Below are positions 38,308 to 48,095 of a stretch of DNA of 64,000 nt, one piece after another. A program made the translations under genes and the position numbers. The notes beneath the pieces are model-generated. The model worked only from the letters and a program-made list of their open reading frames with translations, searched no databases and had not been told where the DNA came from. The stretch is from Candidatus Bathyarchaeota archaeon. Lineage in GTDB: Archaea > Thermoproteota > Bathyarchaeia > Bathyarchaeales > Bathycorpusculaceae. The stretch lies in contig CAVRFW010000009.1 in the NCBI GenBank assembly GCA_963720565.1, forward strand, positions 64,001-128,000. Direction: 5' to 3'. Numbering within the stretch: position 1 is the first letter of the stretch; every line of letters begins with the position of its first letter.

Positions 38308-38727
38308 ATGTCGTACTGTCCAAAATGTGGTAATAAGGTTGAGGAGAACATGACGTTCTGCCCGCGGTGTGGTGCTCCTCTGAAGGCTGAAGCTCAAACG
38401 CAGACGACAGCAGTTACCGCTTCGAAGAGGAACGAAAAAGCTGAGAAAGGCGAGAAGCAGGAGAAAAACGAGAAGGACGAACCGGAAAAGGGTGAGAAAC
38501 AAGAGAAAGGCGAGTACGGCTTTGTTGGCTGGTTAATCGGCGGAATAATTCTGATAGTTATTGGCTTCTTCGCGTTGCTTCGTATATCCGGTTATATCGC
38601 TACGGGAATGGACACTGCTCTGATATTCTTGATAGTTGGTGTATTAATCATTATTGTGGCCGTATACTTTGCAAGTGTGGCGCGGAAACGGTATCCTCCG
38701 CCGCCTCCACCAGCCCCATCTTCCTAA
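38308..38727 (+). CDS. Zinc-ribbon protein with EKx repeat linker, 2 TM and poly-Pro tail
   Basis: YCPKCG...FCPRCG; EKAEKGEKQEKNEKDEPEKGEKQEKGE; PPPPPPAP. Confidence 0.8.
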   Translation: MSYCPKCGNKVEENMTFCPRCGAPLKAEAQTQTTAVTASKRNEKAEKGEKQEKNEKDEPEKGEKQEKGEYGFVGWLIGGIILIVIGFFALLRISGYIATGMDTALIFLIVGVLIIIVAVYFASVARKRYPPPPPPAPSS

Positions 38728-39864
38728 AGCAGCCATCCTAGGAAAAATCGGTACAACCTGTGTTCCAAAAGCGTTAAGGTATTTCTTCGTCCAAATATTC
38801 GGAAATAGTTTTTCCCAGCTGATTCTATCATGTCGCCGATATCATAGCGTGGAAACATGCAAGAGGAGATAATGAGATTTCCCCATTCCCCCCTTTGCAG
38901 ATCATGTAGCATTTTCACTTCCTTGCCCGTGTCAACCTCAAAGAAGTAGGCATCATAATTCGGCGTAACATAGGGTAAGTCATCATATTGCTGGGCAAAA
39001 ACCCCTTCAGTAGCAGAATACATCTCCACGATTGGCGCAGGACCAAAATATTTGCGGAGAACTGGACCATACTTAAACTGTATCTTGCGCACGCTAGTGC
39101 AGAACAAGGCTTTAAAATCCCAAAGATCAGTAGGCTTCTTTCCATGTTTACGCTGCACATATTTGGCAAAAGCCAATATTACAGGTGTTACTCCCATCGT
39201 GGCCGTAACATTTTTCCCATTTGCCTGCTGATAAGCCAGTTCAAACCTCTTCTCCCAATCGCTTCTGGTGATTCCTGAACCAAGAATGTCTATGTCTTCT
39301 TGACGGGGCAGCAAGCTGACTCTGTCAAACATCGGATTAAGCCGAGCGTAAGTCCCCCCACTATAACCATAGGTTAGTTCTCTACCATCCTCGACTATTG
39401 TGTGAACACTGCTCGGGAAATTCAGGTTCAAAATATTGCCCATAAAGACCTGAAAGTTCTTTTTTCTTAGTGCATGATGAACAAGTGCTCTTGCACCACA
39501 CGAGAAAATTTGTTTAAGATGTGTTTGAGTTGCTGGAAGAACTTTTGATTTTCCCGTTGAGCCTCTTGTCATGACCCAACATTCAGGCGTTTCCGGCAAA
39601 ATTGCCTTATGGTTTCCTTCTTTTACTTGTGCAAGGTAGGGCAGCAATCCTTTGTAATCTATTATGGGAATCTTTGCTTGATAGTCGGGTATTCCCATCG
39701 CGTGCGACGCGCCTCTTTGAGCTTCCGTAATCTGTGGTTTCGTATTTCTTGAGCAAATCCTTCAAGGTTTGTTCCTGCGCCTTCTGTGGATTCTCAAGCG
39801 ATTCGTACCATGGGTTAATTATAGGCTTTAAGATGCTGTTTACGCTATCATTATCGGGCAACAT
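38724..39864 (-). CDS. GH3 (auxin-responsive-like) acyl-adenylating family protein; frameshift near 39700
   Basis: NPQKAQEQTLKDLLKKYETTDYG, IPIIDY, TRGSTGKSK, YSATEG, RYDIGD. Confidence 0.8.
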
Positions 39865-39962
39865 TCACATGCACATTTTCCAAGGAGACTTGTTTCAATC
39901 GCCTTATATGTTTCTCCATTCATATTCGTTAACACAAGCTTTAGCCTCGAGTTGTGAAACCC

Positions 39963-40884
39963 ATGGCGGAAAAGTTGCGGGATACTGCAGATAGAATTAG
40001 AAAACTGGAAGTGCAGGGCGCAAGAAATGTTGCAATTGCTGCCGTGAAGGCGATAGAAACTATGGCTCACGGGACAAAAGCTAAGACTCGGGAAAGTTTT
40101 GTGAAGGAACTCTTCGAAGCAAAAACCACGCTTTTTGCAACTAGGACGACGGAACCTCTTATGAGGAATGCCATCAAATGGATTATCAACCGCGTTGAAG
40201 ATTCTGACGAGAGAAACGTTGAAACCTTGGCTGCTTTGGTTACTTCGAGTGCTAACAGTTTTCAAAAGAAGCTTGAAGCATCAAAGGAGCGCATCGCTGA
40301 GATAGGTGCCAAAAGAATACGTGAAGGCATGGTGATTTTCACTCATTGCCACTCATCAACTACAACCTATCTGTTAAGTAGAGCAAAGAAAGAGGGCAAA
40401 AACTTCGAGGTGATATGCACTGAAACGCGCCCAGCCTTGCAGGGTAGAATCACTGCCAAAGAAATGGTTGAGCTTGGTGTCAAGACGACGATGATAGTCG
40501 ATTCAGCCGCGCGATCCTTCATGAATGATGCTGACATAGTAATCGTGGGCGCAGATGCATTAACCTCGGAAGGGAACGTTATAAACAAAATCGGAACAGG
40601 TGCCATTGCTCTACTAGCTTACGAGGCGCGAAAACCCTTCTACGTCGTTGCTGAGCTTCTAAAGTTTGACCCTGACACGCTGTGTGGAGATTACGAGAAA
40701 ATCGAGGAGCGCAGTCCGCTCGAAATCTGGACGGAAGCGCCAGAAAATCTAGTAATTCGAAATCCTGCCTTCGACGTTACGAGGCGCGACTACATTCATG
40801 GCATCATCTGCGAGGAAGGCATAATATCGCCTCATTCAATAGTTGAGGTTATGCATCGAAGACATCGAGTGGATTTTTCACTAG
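39963..40884 (+). CDS. Ribose-1,5-bisphosphate isomerase (eIF-2B family); probable frameshift in the last codons (ORF track runs to 40949)
   Basis: VQGARNVA, TRTTEP, THCHSS, ETRPALQG, VGADAL, NKIGT, NPAFDVT; next to rbcL and AMP phosphorylase. Confidence 0.9.
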
Positions 40885-42125
40885 TCTACATACTTCCAGA
40901 GCTTCAAAGCGGCTTTCAATTCCTTGTGCGATTTCGCGTAATCCTCTAAGGTCTGGTTGTTCAAGACGGCGTTGACAGCCTGGCGAATTGCCTTGGCTCC
41001 GGCGACTGTTCCGTTTTTGTGACCGTGGATTCCTCCACCGGCCTGAATGATGAAGTCTTTGCCAAAAGTTTGCATCAGAGCTGGGACAAGGAGGGGATGT
41101 AAACCGCCTGACGCAACTGGCATAACCTCTTTTATGCCACTTATCTTGGTTTTTAACGCGTCGACGTTCTCAAGTACTTCCTGTTTGGTTTCTGACATTT
41201 TTCCTACAACTGTGCCCACGTGAAGCTGGTCGACTCCGATGATTCTGGAGATCTTGGCTATTACCCTCATGGCTATCCCGTGTTTAGGATTCTTAGTGAA
41301 GGCTGCATGTCCTGCTCTGTGAGCATGGATGACCAGCTTGTAGTTCTGGTTCCGAAGAGTCTGCAAAGCCGAAAAGCCACAAGTCAAGATGTCGATCATA
41401 ACGTATTCTCCACCGTGGTCCAAAACATATTCGGCGCGTTTGAGCATGGTGTTTGTTTCAGCCGTGATGTTGACCATGTATACTTTCCGCTCGCCGGTTT
41501 CGCTTTCTGCTTTATCTCTGCTCTCAAGAGTTTGTATGACGCGTTCTTCAAACGGGTTAAACTGTTGGTTGCTCAAGTTTTCATCGTCTTTCACTATGTC
41601 GCAGCCCCCAGACCAGGCTTCGTATGCTACTTGCGCGTGATCTTTGGTTCTAAGTCCAAGCTTAGGTTTGATTATTGTTCCGACAAGAGGACGTTCTGGA
41701 ATTTTTAGGAGTTTTCTGATTCCTGCTATACCAAAATGTGGTCCTCTGAAACTGCTAACGAGTTTATCTGGCAAATCAATGTCGCAGAGGCGCAAATTCT
41801 TGAGTGCTTTCAGTCCGAAAACATTTCCTGCAACACTGCTAAGAACATTAGGCATGTTTCCCATTTCGAATAGACCGATAGGATAAGCAATTTTAGCCAC
41901 GTTGCCTTCTATGTTGAAGACGCGGGCTGCTAACTGCTCCACATAGGGTCTTGTAGTAGTGAGTTCTGTCCAAGTCCCTACGGAACTTTCGGCAGCGACC
42001 CCGCCCGCAGCCTCTTTGAGGCTTATGCCCTCAGGCTCCACCGCAAAAGTGCATATTAGATCGTTCTCTTTTGGTTTGTACTTAAGGTCGACAAAGTCCA
42101 CGTACTTCAAAACAACCTTCCTCAC
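40881..42125 (-). CDS. rbcL: Form III ribulose-1,5-bisphosphate carboxylase (probable start TTG 42110)
   Basis: AAESSVGTWT, GNVFGLK, GTIIKPKLGL, GGCDIVKDDE, HAHRAGH, GTVVGKM, SGGLH, GGGIHGH. Confidence 0.95.
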   Translation of the reverse strand: MRKVVLKYVDFVDLKYKPKENDLICTFAVEPEGISLKEAAGGVAAESSVGTWTELTTTRPYVEQLAARVFNIEGNVAKIAYPIGLFEMGNMPNVLSSVAGNVFGLKALKNLRLCDIDLPDKLVSSFRGPHFGIAGIRKLLKIPERPLVGTIIKPKLGLRTKDHAQVAYEAWSGGCDIVKDDENLSNQQFNPFEERVIQTLESRDKAESETGERKVYMVNITAETNTMLKRAEYVLDHGGEYVMIDILTCGFSALQTLRNQNYKLVIHAHRAGHAAFTKNPKHGIAMRVIAKISRIIGVDQLHVGTVVGKMSETKQEVLENVDALKTKISGIKEVMPVASGGLHPLLVPALMQTFGKDFIIQAGGGIHGHKNGTVAGAKAIRQAVNAVLNNQTLEDYAKSHKELKAALKLWKYVD

Positions 42126-42385
42126 GTTGTTTTAGAGTTGAGATTTCCTTAAAAACCTTCATTGGTAATCAAGAAAGCCTGAGTGACAAAATCCCTTCTA
42201 GAAAATCAGAGAATTCAATTAGTACTCTAGTATGACCGGTTTAGGTTTGCCAAGGCAAAAGATCTCAAGTTGCACGAGGAGTCTCCTTCTGAGTTCAGCG
42301 GAGTGCCTTCGGGAAACATACTTGCTCAGCTGGCTATAAAATCTTTAACTATTCCTTCCGCTAATCTGAGTTTGGTGTAGGCTTA
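42126..42385. promoter_or_regulatory. Divergent promoter region between rbcL and AMP phosphorylase
   Basis: TATA-like elements near 42149-42157 (minus) and 42335-42348 (plus); short hairpin TTTGCCAAGGCAAA. Confidence 0.4.
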
Positions 42386-43930
42386 ATGGAACTTGTCGCT
42401 GAATTGCTGAAGATTACAGCTAGCGGCAGATACGTTGCCATTATCGACGAGGAAACCGCTGGTTTGCTGGGTGTGCACTCCTCAGATAGGCTACGCGTTG
42501 CATATAGAGGAACAGAAGTTGTTGCCATGGCAAATATTGCCGCCGATTTTCCACTGAACCACGTTGGACTTTACGCTGAGATTTCAGGAATGCTCGGAAT
42601 TAAGGGTGGCGAGTTAGTGGAGGTGCAGCTCGCCAAAATGCCTGAATCCCTCGGTTACGTGCGAGCAAAAATCCGCGGCGAAAGACTAAGAGAGCAAGAC
42701 ATGGTAACAATAGTAAAAGATGTAGTGGAAAGGCACTTGAGCGAAGCGGAGATAGCCGCGTTCTTAACTGCGCTTAAAGTATACGGGCTGAGCATGGGCG
42801 AGACTGAAGCTTTGTCTCGAGCCATGTTTGAAACAGGAAAGACGATTGATTTCGGCGAGACACCACTACTTGACAAGCACAGCATAGGAGGCTTACCGGG
42901 CGACAAAACTTCCATGCTCGTTGTACCGATCGTGGCCGCCGCAGGATTCACAATTCCAAAAACATCCTCGCGGGCAGTCACTTCTCCGGCTGGAACAGCT
43001 GACCGAGTTGAAACACTATGCCCAGTAAACTTGTCTATCGAAGAGATAAGAAAAGTCGTCAGTAAAACAGGCGGCTGTCTTGTTTGGGGAGGAGCCTTGG
43101 ATTTAGCTCCTGCCGATGACTTGTTCATTCAAGTCGAATACCCATTGGGAATTGACCCTTTGCTATTGCCATCGATCATGAGCAAGAAGAAAGCAATGGG
43201 CGCCACGCACGTGACAATTGACATCCCAACTGGAAGCGGCGCCAAAATCAAAACCATGACGGAAGCATACACTTTAGCATCTGATTTCGTGGATCTCGGC
43301 AAGCGACTGGGGATGACCATTCAATGTGCGATTACTTACGGCGAACAACCCTTAGGCTATGCCATCGGACCAGCACTTGAAGCGCGAGAAGCACTGACAA
43401 CACTAATCGGAGGAGGCCCTCAAGACCTCAGGGAAAAGGCAGTCATTCTCGCTGGCATTCTTCTTGAAATGGTCGGTGTTAAGAGCGGGAGGCAACGTGC
43501 CGAAAACGTCCTACAATCTGGCAGAGCAGAGAAGAAACTTCGGGACATAATATCCGCCCAGGGTGGAAACCCAGACGTGAAGCCTGATGACATTCCAGTT
43601 GGCGACCAGAGAGTAGAAATTACCTCGGCACAGGCAGGTCGGGTCTTGTGGATGAGTACTGATAGCATAGTGCAAATAGCCCGGGCTGCGGGTGCCCCAA
43701 AGGAGAAAGGCGCAGGTGTACTGTTAAAAGCCAAATTGGGTGAAGCAGTTAAGAAAGATGGCTTACTGTTCGAGATTTATGCCGAGAGAAACAGCAAGCT
43801 GGAGTCGGCATTAGAGCTAGCTCAAAGGCTCAAACCAGTAGTTCTAAGCAAAAAGGCTGAAGAGCAAATGTTGCTAGACCAGATTCCAGAAAAAGTTACA
43901 GATGAAAAGCCATTTATGATAGAGCGGTAA
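42386..43930 (+). CDS. deoA: AMP phosphorylase (thymidine phosphorylase family)
   Basis: DKHSIGGLPGDKT, KTSSRAVTSPAGTAD, APADD, SIMSKK, IGPALEA. Confidence 0.93.
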   Translation: MELVAELLKITASGRYVAIIDEETAGLLGVHSSDRLRVAYRGTEVVAMANIAADFPLNHVGLYAEISGMLGIKGGELVEVQLAKMPESLGYVRAKIRGERLREQDMVTIVKDVVERHLSEAEIAAFLTALKVYGLSMGETEALSRAMFETGKTIDFGETPLLDKHSIGGLPGDKTSMLVVPIVAAAGFTIPKTSSRAVTSPAGTADRVETLCPVNLSIEEIRKVVSKTGGCLVWGGALDLAPADDLFIQVEYPLGIDPLLLPSIMSKKKAMGATHVTIDIPTGSGAKIKTMTEAYTLASDFVDLGKRLGMTIQCAITYGEQPLGYAIGPALEAREALTTLIGGGPQDLREKAVILAGILLEMVGVKSGRQRAENVLQSGRAEKKLRDIISAQGGNPDVKPDDIPVGDQRVEITSAQAGRVLWMSTDSIVQIARAAGAPKEKGAGVLLKAKLGEAVKKDGLLFEIYAERNSKLESALELAQRLKPVVLSKKAEEQMLLDQIPEKVTDEKPFMIER

Positions 43931-44059
43931 AACCTTCAAATATTCCGGGTCTTCGGAACCGAAACATCCTAGTTTTGCGCATTCCCTGAAATCTAGACCC
44001 AAATTGGTGGATACAATTTTAAACGTTGATACTGAGTGGAAGAACAAAAACTGGAGAGC

Positions 44060-44755
44060 TTAGCGTGCTCTTGAACGCACCCTAGGCTCCAACATTGTCC
44101 AAAGCCAATCTGCAAATTCTCGGAGGTTTTTTGTTTGTATATGCACTTCACCAGGACCAGTTATGTAGGTAACCAAGCCTTCTCCGCTCAGTAGCGTCTC
44201 TTTTAGGCCTCCGAACTTTTGTACTTTGTAGCTGCATGAATCACTGAAGCCAACCAAGTGAAAGTTGTCAACAACCAGTGTTTCTTCCTTGTTCAGAATA
44301 TGTGTGTCTATCGCGCCGAAAGTGTTTATGAACAGTTGTCCGTTTCCAGTCGCGTGAATCATGAATAGTCCTTGACCGAATAAGCCTTTGGTGAAGCCTT
44401 CCCATTTCACGTCCAAGTCAACGCCCTGCGTTGAGGCTATGTACGCGGATTTTTGTATTATGAAACCTTCGCCCGGTTTGACATCCAGTTTTTCGATGTC
44501 GCCAACTGGAGCTGCGACAAAGCTAACATCGGCAGAACCATTTTTGGCCGTGTAGTCGTTAACCCAAAAAGATTGACCGCCTATTATGCTCAAACCCAAG
44601 CTGCCCAGCAGGCTTTTTTCTCTCTTTCGCGTATGAACCTCTATCGTGGGATCCATGTACGTCATTGCACCGGATTCTGCCGTTATGGTCTCACCTTGAT
44701 CTAAGTTGATAACGAGCAGCGAGTAGGAAGGTTTGTACTTAATCTCGTATTTCAT
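44060..44755 (-). CDS. TIGR00266/AIM24 family protein
   Basis: AESGAMTYM, GGQSFW, GQGLF, VDNFHLV, SGEGLV...GPG...QT. Confidence 0.9.
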   Translation of the reverse strand: MKYEIKYKPSYSLLVINLDQGETITAESGAMTYMDPTIEVHTRKREKSLLGSLGLSIIGGQSFWVNDYTAKNGSADVSFVAAPVGDIEKLDVKPGEGFIIQKSAYIASTQGVDLDVKWEGFTKGLFGQGLFMIHATGNGQLFINTFGAIDTHILNKEETLVVDNFHLVGFSDSCSYKVQKFGGLKETLLSGEGLVTYITGPGEVHIQTKNLREFADWLWTMLEPRVRSRAR

Positions 44756-44964
44756 ACAAAATCAACTCTGTTTAACTCGCTTTAAGATTTAGGCATGAAG
44801 TGCCCAATAAGCTTATAGTATCAGATTGAACCCAAAGGTAGGTAGCGTTCCTTAAAAGGGACGACGGAGCAGCAGAAAAATAAGCGCGGGCTTCATCTGT
44901 ATTTTGTCATTATAAAACCTCGGCAAAAATCGCTTTTCAATTACCAAGCAACAACTTGAGTTTA

Positions 44965-45663
44965 TCAGTTTATTGGATCGAGCTGTTCCTTTTCTTTTGT
45001 AAGCGTAGTGCTGGAAAGCTTGCAGTTTATTTCACTTTCCCAGCAGTTTAAAACCAGTATTGAAAACATCAGCCAGAAGGTTCCCAATAGACATCCGCCC
45101 AAAACATCACTGATCCAATGAACATTAAGGTATATTCTGTCAAAACCTACAAGAGCGATTGTTATTAGAAAAAGCATAGCAGAAACTCCCCTCGTTTTTG
45201 ACGAATTCCAAATGTGCCATGCGAAATATGCTAGTAAACCGAAGAAGACAATTCCACTTGTTATGTGGCCGCTTGGAAAAGAATAGCCCATCTCTGTAAT
45301 CAATGCGTTGGCGGGTCTTGGAGAGAGAACAAGCATTTTGCTTATTAACAGAGAAAGAGTGGTTCCAACCATTCCCCCCAGGAACATGAGGCTGCATTTT
45401 CTGTAATTCTTGTAAAAGAATAAAATGGATAGTGCCAACGATAATGCAAGTAAGACGTTCGTGTCAAAGACAATGGAAATGATCACGGCGACATCCATAA
45501 ATGCGCTATTCTGAATTGTGATTGCCCAGTAGTTTCCGCTGCTGTCAATCGAAGCAAGACTGCCCCGCAAGAAGATAGTGAGCAGGAAACCAACCAGAAC
45601 AATCAACGCTACTAATAATCGTAAACATCGGTTATGGAGGTGCTCACTCAGCTTAAGATTCAT
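44965..45663 (-). CDS. PAP2 superfamily membrane phosphatase
   Basis: K...PRP, YSFPSGH, DRIYLNVHWISDVLGG. Confidence 0.9.
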   Translation of the reverse strand: MNLKLSEHLHNRCLRLLVALIVLVGFLLTIFLRGSLASIDSSGNYWAITIQNSAFMDVAVIISIVFDTNVLLALSLALSILFFYKNYRKCSLMFLGGMVGTTLSLLISKMLVLSPRPANALITEMGYSFPSGHITSGIVFFGLLAYFAWHIWNSSKTRGVSAMLFLITIALVGFDRIYLNVHWISDVLGGCLLGTFWLMFSILVLNCWESEINCKLSSTTLTKEKEQLDPIN

Positions 45664-45836
45664 CTTTCCACAATATCGATCGCCAAGGATTAAAACTTTC
45701 CAACCCACCGTTCTGAAAGAAGAAAGCAGCGCGCCCTTGCTTGTCGAAACAATGCAACTATAGTTGTCCAGAAAGGTTCCGAATAATTCATAAACTGCAC
45801 TGCCAAGTTATCTGTCTCGAGGAAGGTTGCTATTCC

Positions 45837-46769
45837 ATGGAACAATGGGATCTCATAATAATAGGCGCTGGACCTGCAGGTTTGTCCGCAGGAATCTACG
45901 CTGCCAGAAGCGGATTGAAAACCATGATTATTGAAGAGAAAATGGCTGGTGGAACAACTTCCGACGCTCCAATCGTCGAGAATTATCCTGGTTTTGCCCA
46001 GATTAGCGGTGGTGAACTGGCGGAAAAGATGGTTCTTCACTGTAAAAAAATGGGCGTAACAATTAGAGAACTCGAAACCGTGTCTAGCCTAAGGCTTCGA
46101 GATGACGAAAAAATTGTGATAACTCACAAAACAGAACACGTTGCTAAGGCTCTTATATTCGCCACCGGCTCACATTACCGCGAAATCGGGGTGCCTGGCG
46201 AGAGGGAATTTCGCGGAAAAGGCATGAGCTATTGTGCCGTATGTGATGGCCCTTTCTTTAAGGGCAAGAAGGTTCTTGTGGTTGGAGGTGGCAACTCCGC
46301 AGCTACAGCTATTCTTTACCTTTCAGGAGTTGTCGGGGAGGTTGTGGTAGTGCATCGAAAACATGCTTTCCGAGCTGAAGAAGCATTGGTGAAAGATATT
46401 TCGGAAAAAAAGAACGTTCGAGTGTTGTGGAATACTGAAGTGCAGGAAATTAAAGGTGAAAAAACCGTTAACAGTGTTATTCTTTTGGACAACAAGACAG
46501 GAGAAACAAGCGAATTGGCAGTTAACGCTGTCTTTGTGCAGGTTGGTGAAGCACCGAACAGTCAAATAGCCAAAGAGGCAGGCGTTGAAGTTGATGAGCA
46601 CGGATACGTAAGAATTGATATGTATCAAAAGACAAACCTGCCAGGCGTTTACGCTGCTGGCGATGTGACAAGCCATCCCGTCAAGCAAGTAGGCACAGCT
46701 GTTGGTCAGGGCATCACCGCGGCACTTCAAGCATACGTTTACATTAGACAACCATACTACCGAAAATAG
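45837..46769 (+). CDS. trxB: Thioredoxin-disulfide reductase
   Basis: IGAGPAG, ENYPG, ATG, SYCAVCDG, GGGNSA, AAGDV. Confidence 0.93.
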   Translation: MEQWDLIIIGAGPAGLSAGIYAARSGLKTMIIEEKMAGGTTSDAPIVENYPGFAQISGGELAEKMVLHCKKMGVTIRELETVSSLRLRDDEKIVITHKTEHVAKALIFATGSHYREIGVPGEREFRGKGMSYCAVCDGPFFKGKKVLVVGGGNSAATAILYLSGVVGEVVVVHRKHAFRAEEALVKDISEKKNVRVLWNTEVQEIKGEKTVNSVILLDNKTGETSELAVNAVFVQVGEAPNSQIAKEAGVEVDEHGYVRIDMYQKTNLPGVYAAGDVTSHPVKQVGTAVGQGITAALQAYVYIRQPYYRK

Positions 46770-46811
46770 AGGGAAAGGATTATATCATCCAAAAACCCTT
46801 TTCAATTTTCC

Positions 46812-46836
46812 GTAAGCATAATTAAGCAATGCTTAC
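46812..46836. promoter_or_regulatory. 8-bp inverted repeat GTAAGCAT-N9-ATGCTTAC upstream of the MvhD-Nfn operon
   Basis: Seen directly, just before CTTTAAGA and about 45 bp before ATG 46880. Confidence 0.45.
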
Positions 46837-46879
46837 CGCTTTAAGAGTCCTGTTGGAATAATAAAAGAGGTTCCATACA

Positions 46880-48091
46880 ATGAGTGAAAAGTGTCTCGCC
46901 GCTGTGGAAATCAATCAAGACTTGTGTAGCAAGTGTTGTGTTTGCCACTCGATTTGTCCTTACGAAGCAATACACCGTGACCCTGAAACAGGAAAAGTAG
47001 AAATTAACATAAAGGAATGCCAGGTCTGCGGAATATGTTATAGCGCCTGTCCTGTTTCTGCTATTAAAATGACTTACTACGATTATGATCATCTCTTGGA
47101 TTACGTAAATTGCGTTAGGAAGGGCGTCAGAAGCGACACCTTGGTCTTGATGTGCCGTGGGAACTCTCCTTCTTCATGCGAAGTTGAGGAGATACTGGAA
47201 GAACAAGGCCTAGGAGTCACGGATTACATCCCGTTGAGGTTGCCCTGTTCAGGCAGAATCCCAACTGATTTCATTTTCAAGACTTTGAACTCGGGGGTCA
47301 AGAATATTGTTTCAGTTCAGTGCGAGGATGACTTCTGTCGCTACAAGGAAGGCACGAAAATTAATACGCGAAGGTTTCAACTGAGTAAGAATGTTTTGCG
47401 TCAATTAGGCTATGACGAGGACGCTCTGAGAGTCGTAAAATACTCGCGAAAAGCGGTTTATGACACAGATAAGTGTGTGGGTTGCGACAAATGCGTTTTC
47501 ATTTGTCCTTATGATGCTATCAAAGCAGAACCGTTTGCCACACCGAAAATAATATTCGAGGACTGTGTAGGTTGCGGCGCTTGCGCTTTGGTCTGTCCAC
47601 ACCAAGCTATTGAAGTTAAGGGTTTTGAGTTTGAGAATGTTCTAAAACGCTACAGCGAAGCAGCAGCCAAGCTAAAGACGAAGAGCAAATCTCCTACGCT
47701 CCTGGCGTTCGTCTGCCAATGGTCTGAATTCTCAGCTTTAGATGACCCCGAAAGTGCTTTCAAGGGCAAGAACGCAATGGTCTTGGAGGTTCCATGCTTC
47801 AAGTCTATGGATCCAGTTCACATAATTAACGCTTTGAATTGCGGTTTTGACGGAGTGATGGGCGTGGTGTGTTCGGCTGAAGACTGCAAACTCGAAAAGG
47901 GCAGGGACGCCGCAGAAAGAAATCTGGTTGTGCTCAAAGTCGCGTTGAAGAAGATGAACATGCTTGACCGTTTCGAGTATTACGAGGCGTCGCCCAGATG
48001 TGAAGATGAATTCAAGCAGGCGCTGGATACTTTCTACGAAAAGCTTGCTGCAAAGAAGCAGGGCATGGTAGCTGTTGCGGAGGCGAAGTGA
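46880..48091 (+). CDS. Tandem (ferredoxin + MvhD/FlpD-like) x2 iron-sulfur protein
   Basis: CSKCCVCHSICP/CQVCGICYSACP, LMC...LPCSGRI...QCEDDFCRY; CVGCDKCVFICP/CVGCGACALVCP, FVCQW...VPC...VCSAEDCKL. Confidence 0.8.
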   Translation: MSEKCLAAVEINQDLCSKCCVCHSICPYEAIHRDPETGKVEINIKECQVCGICYSACPVSAIKMTYYDYDHLLDYVNCVRKGVRSDTLVLMCRGNSPSSCEVEEILEEQGLGVTDYIPLRLPCSGRIPTDFIFKTLNSGVKNIVSVQCEDDFCRYKEGTKINTRRFQLSKNVLRQLGYDEDALRVVKYSRKAVYDTDKCVGCDKCVFICPYDAIKAEPFATPKIIFEDCVGCGACALVCPHQAIEVKGFEFENVLKRYSEAAAKLKTKSKSPTLLAFVCQWSEFSALDDPESAFKGKNAMVLEVPCFKSMDPVHIINALNCGFDGVMGVVCSAEDCKLEKGRDAAERNLVVLKVALKKMNMLDRFEYYEASPRCEDEFKQALDTFYEKLAAKKQGMVAVAEAK

Positions 48092-48095
48092 AAAA

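Noticed and set aside
40881..42125. Calvin-cycle autotrophy
   Set aside because: Flanked by AMP phosphorylase and R15P isomerase; no phosphoribulokinase in the window.
42180..42335. Structured ncRNA or riboswitch between rbcL and AMP phosphorylase
   Set aside because: Only one short hairpin; no tRNA, C/D box or riboswitch signature I can support.
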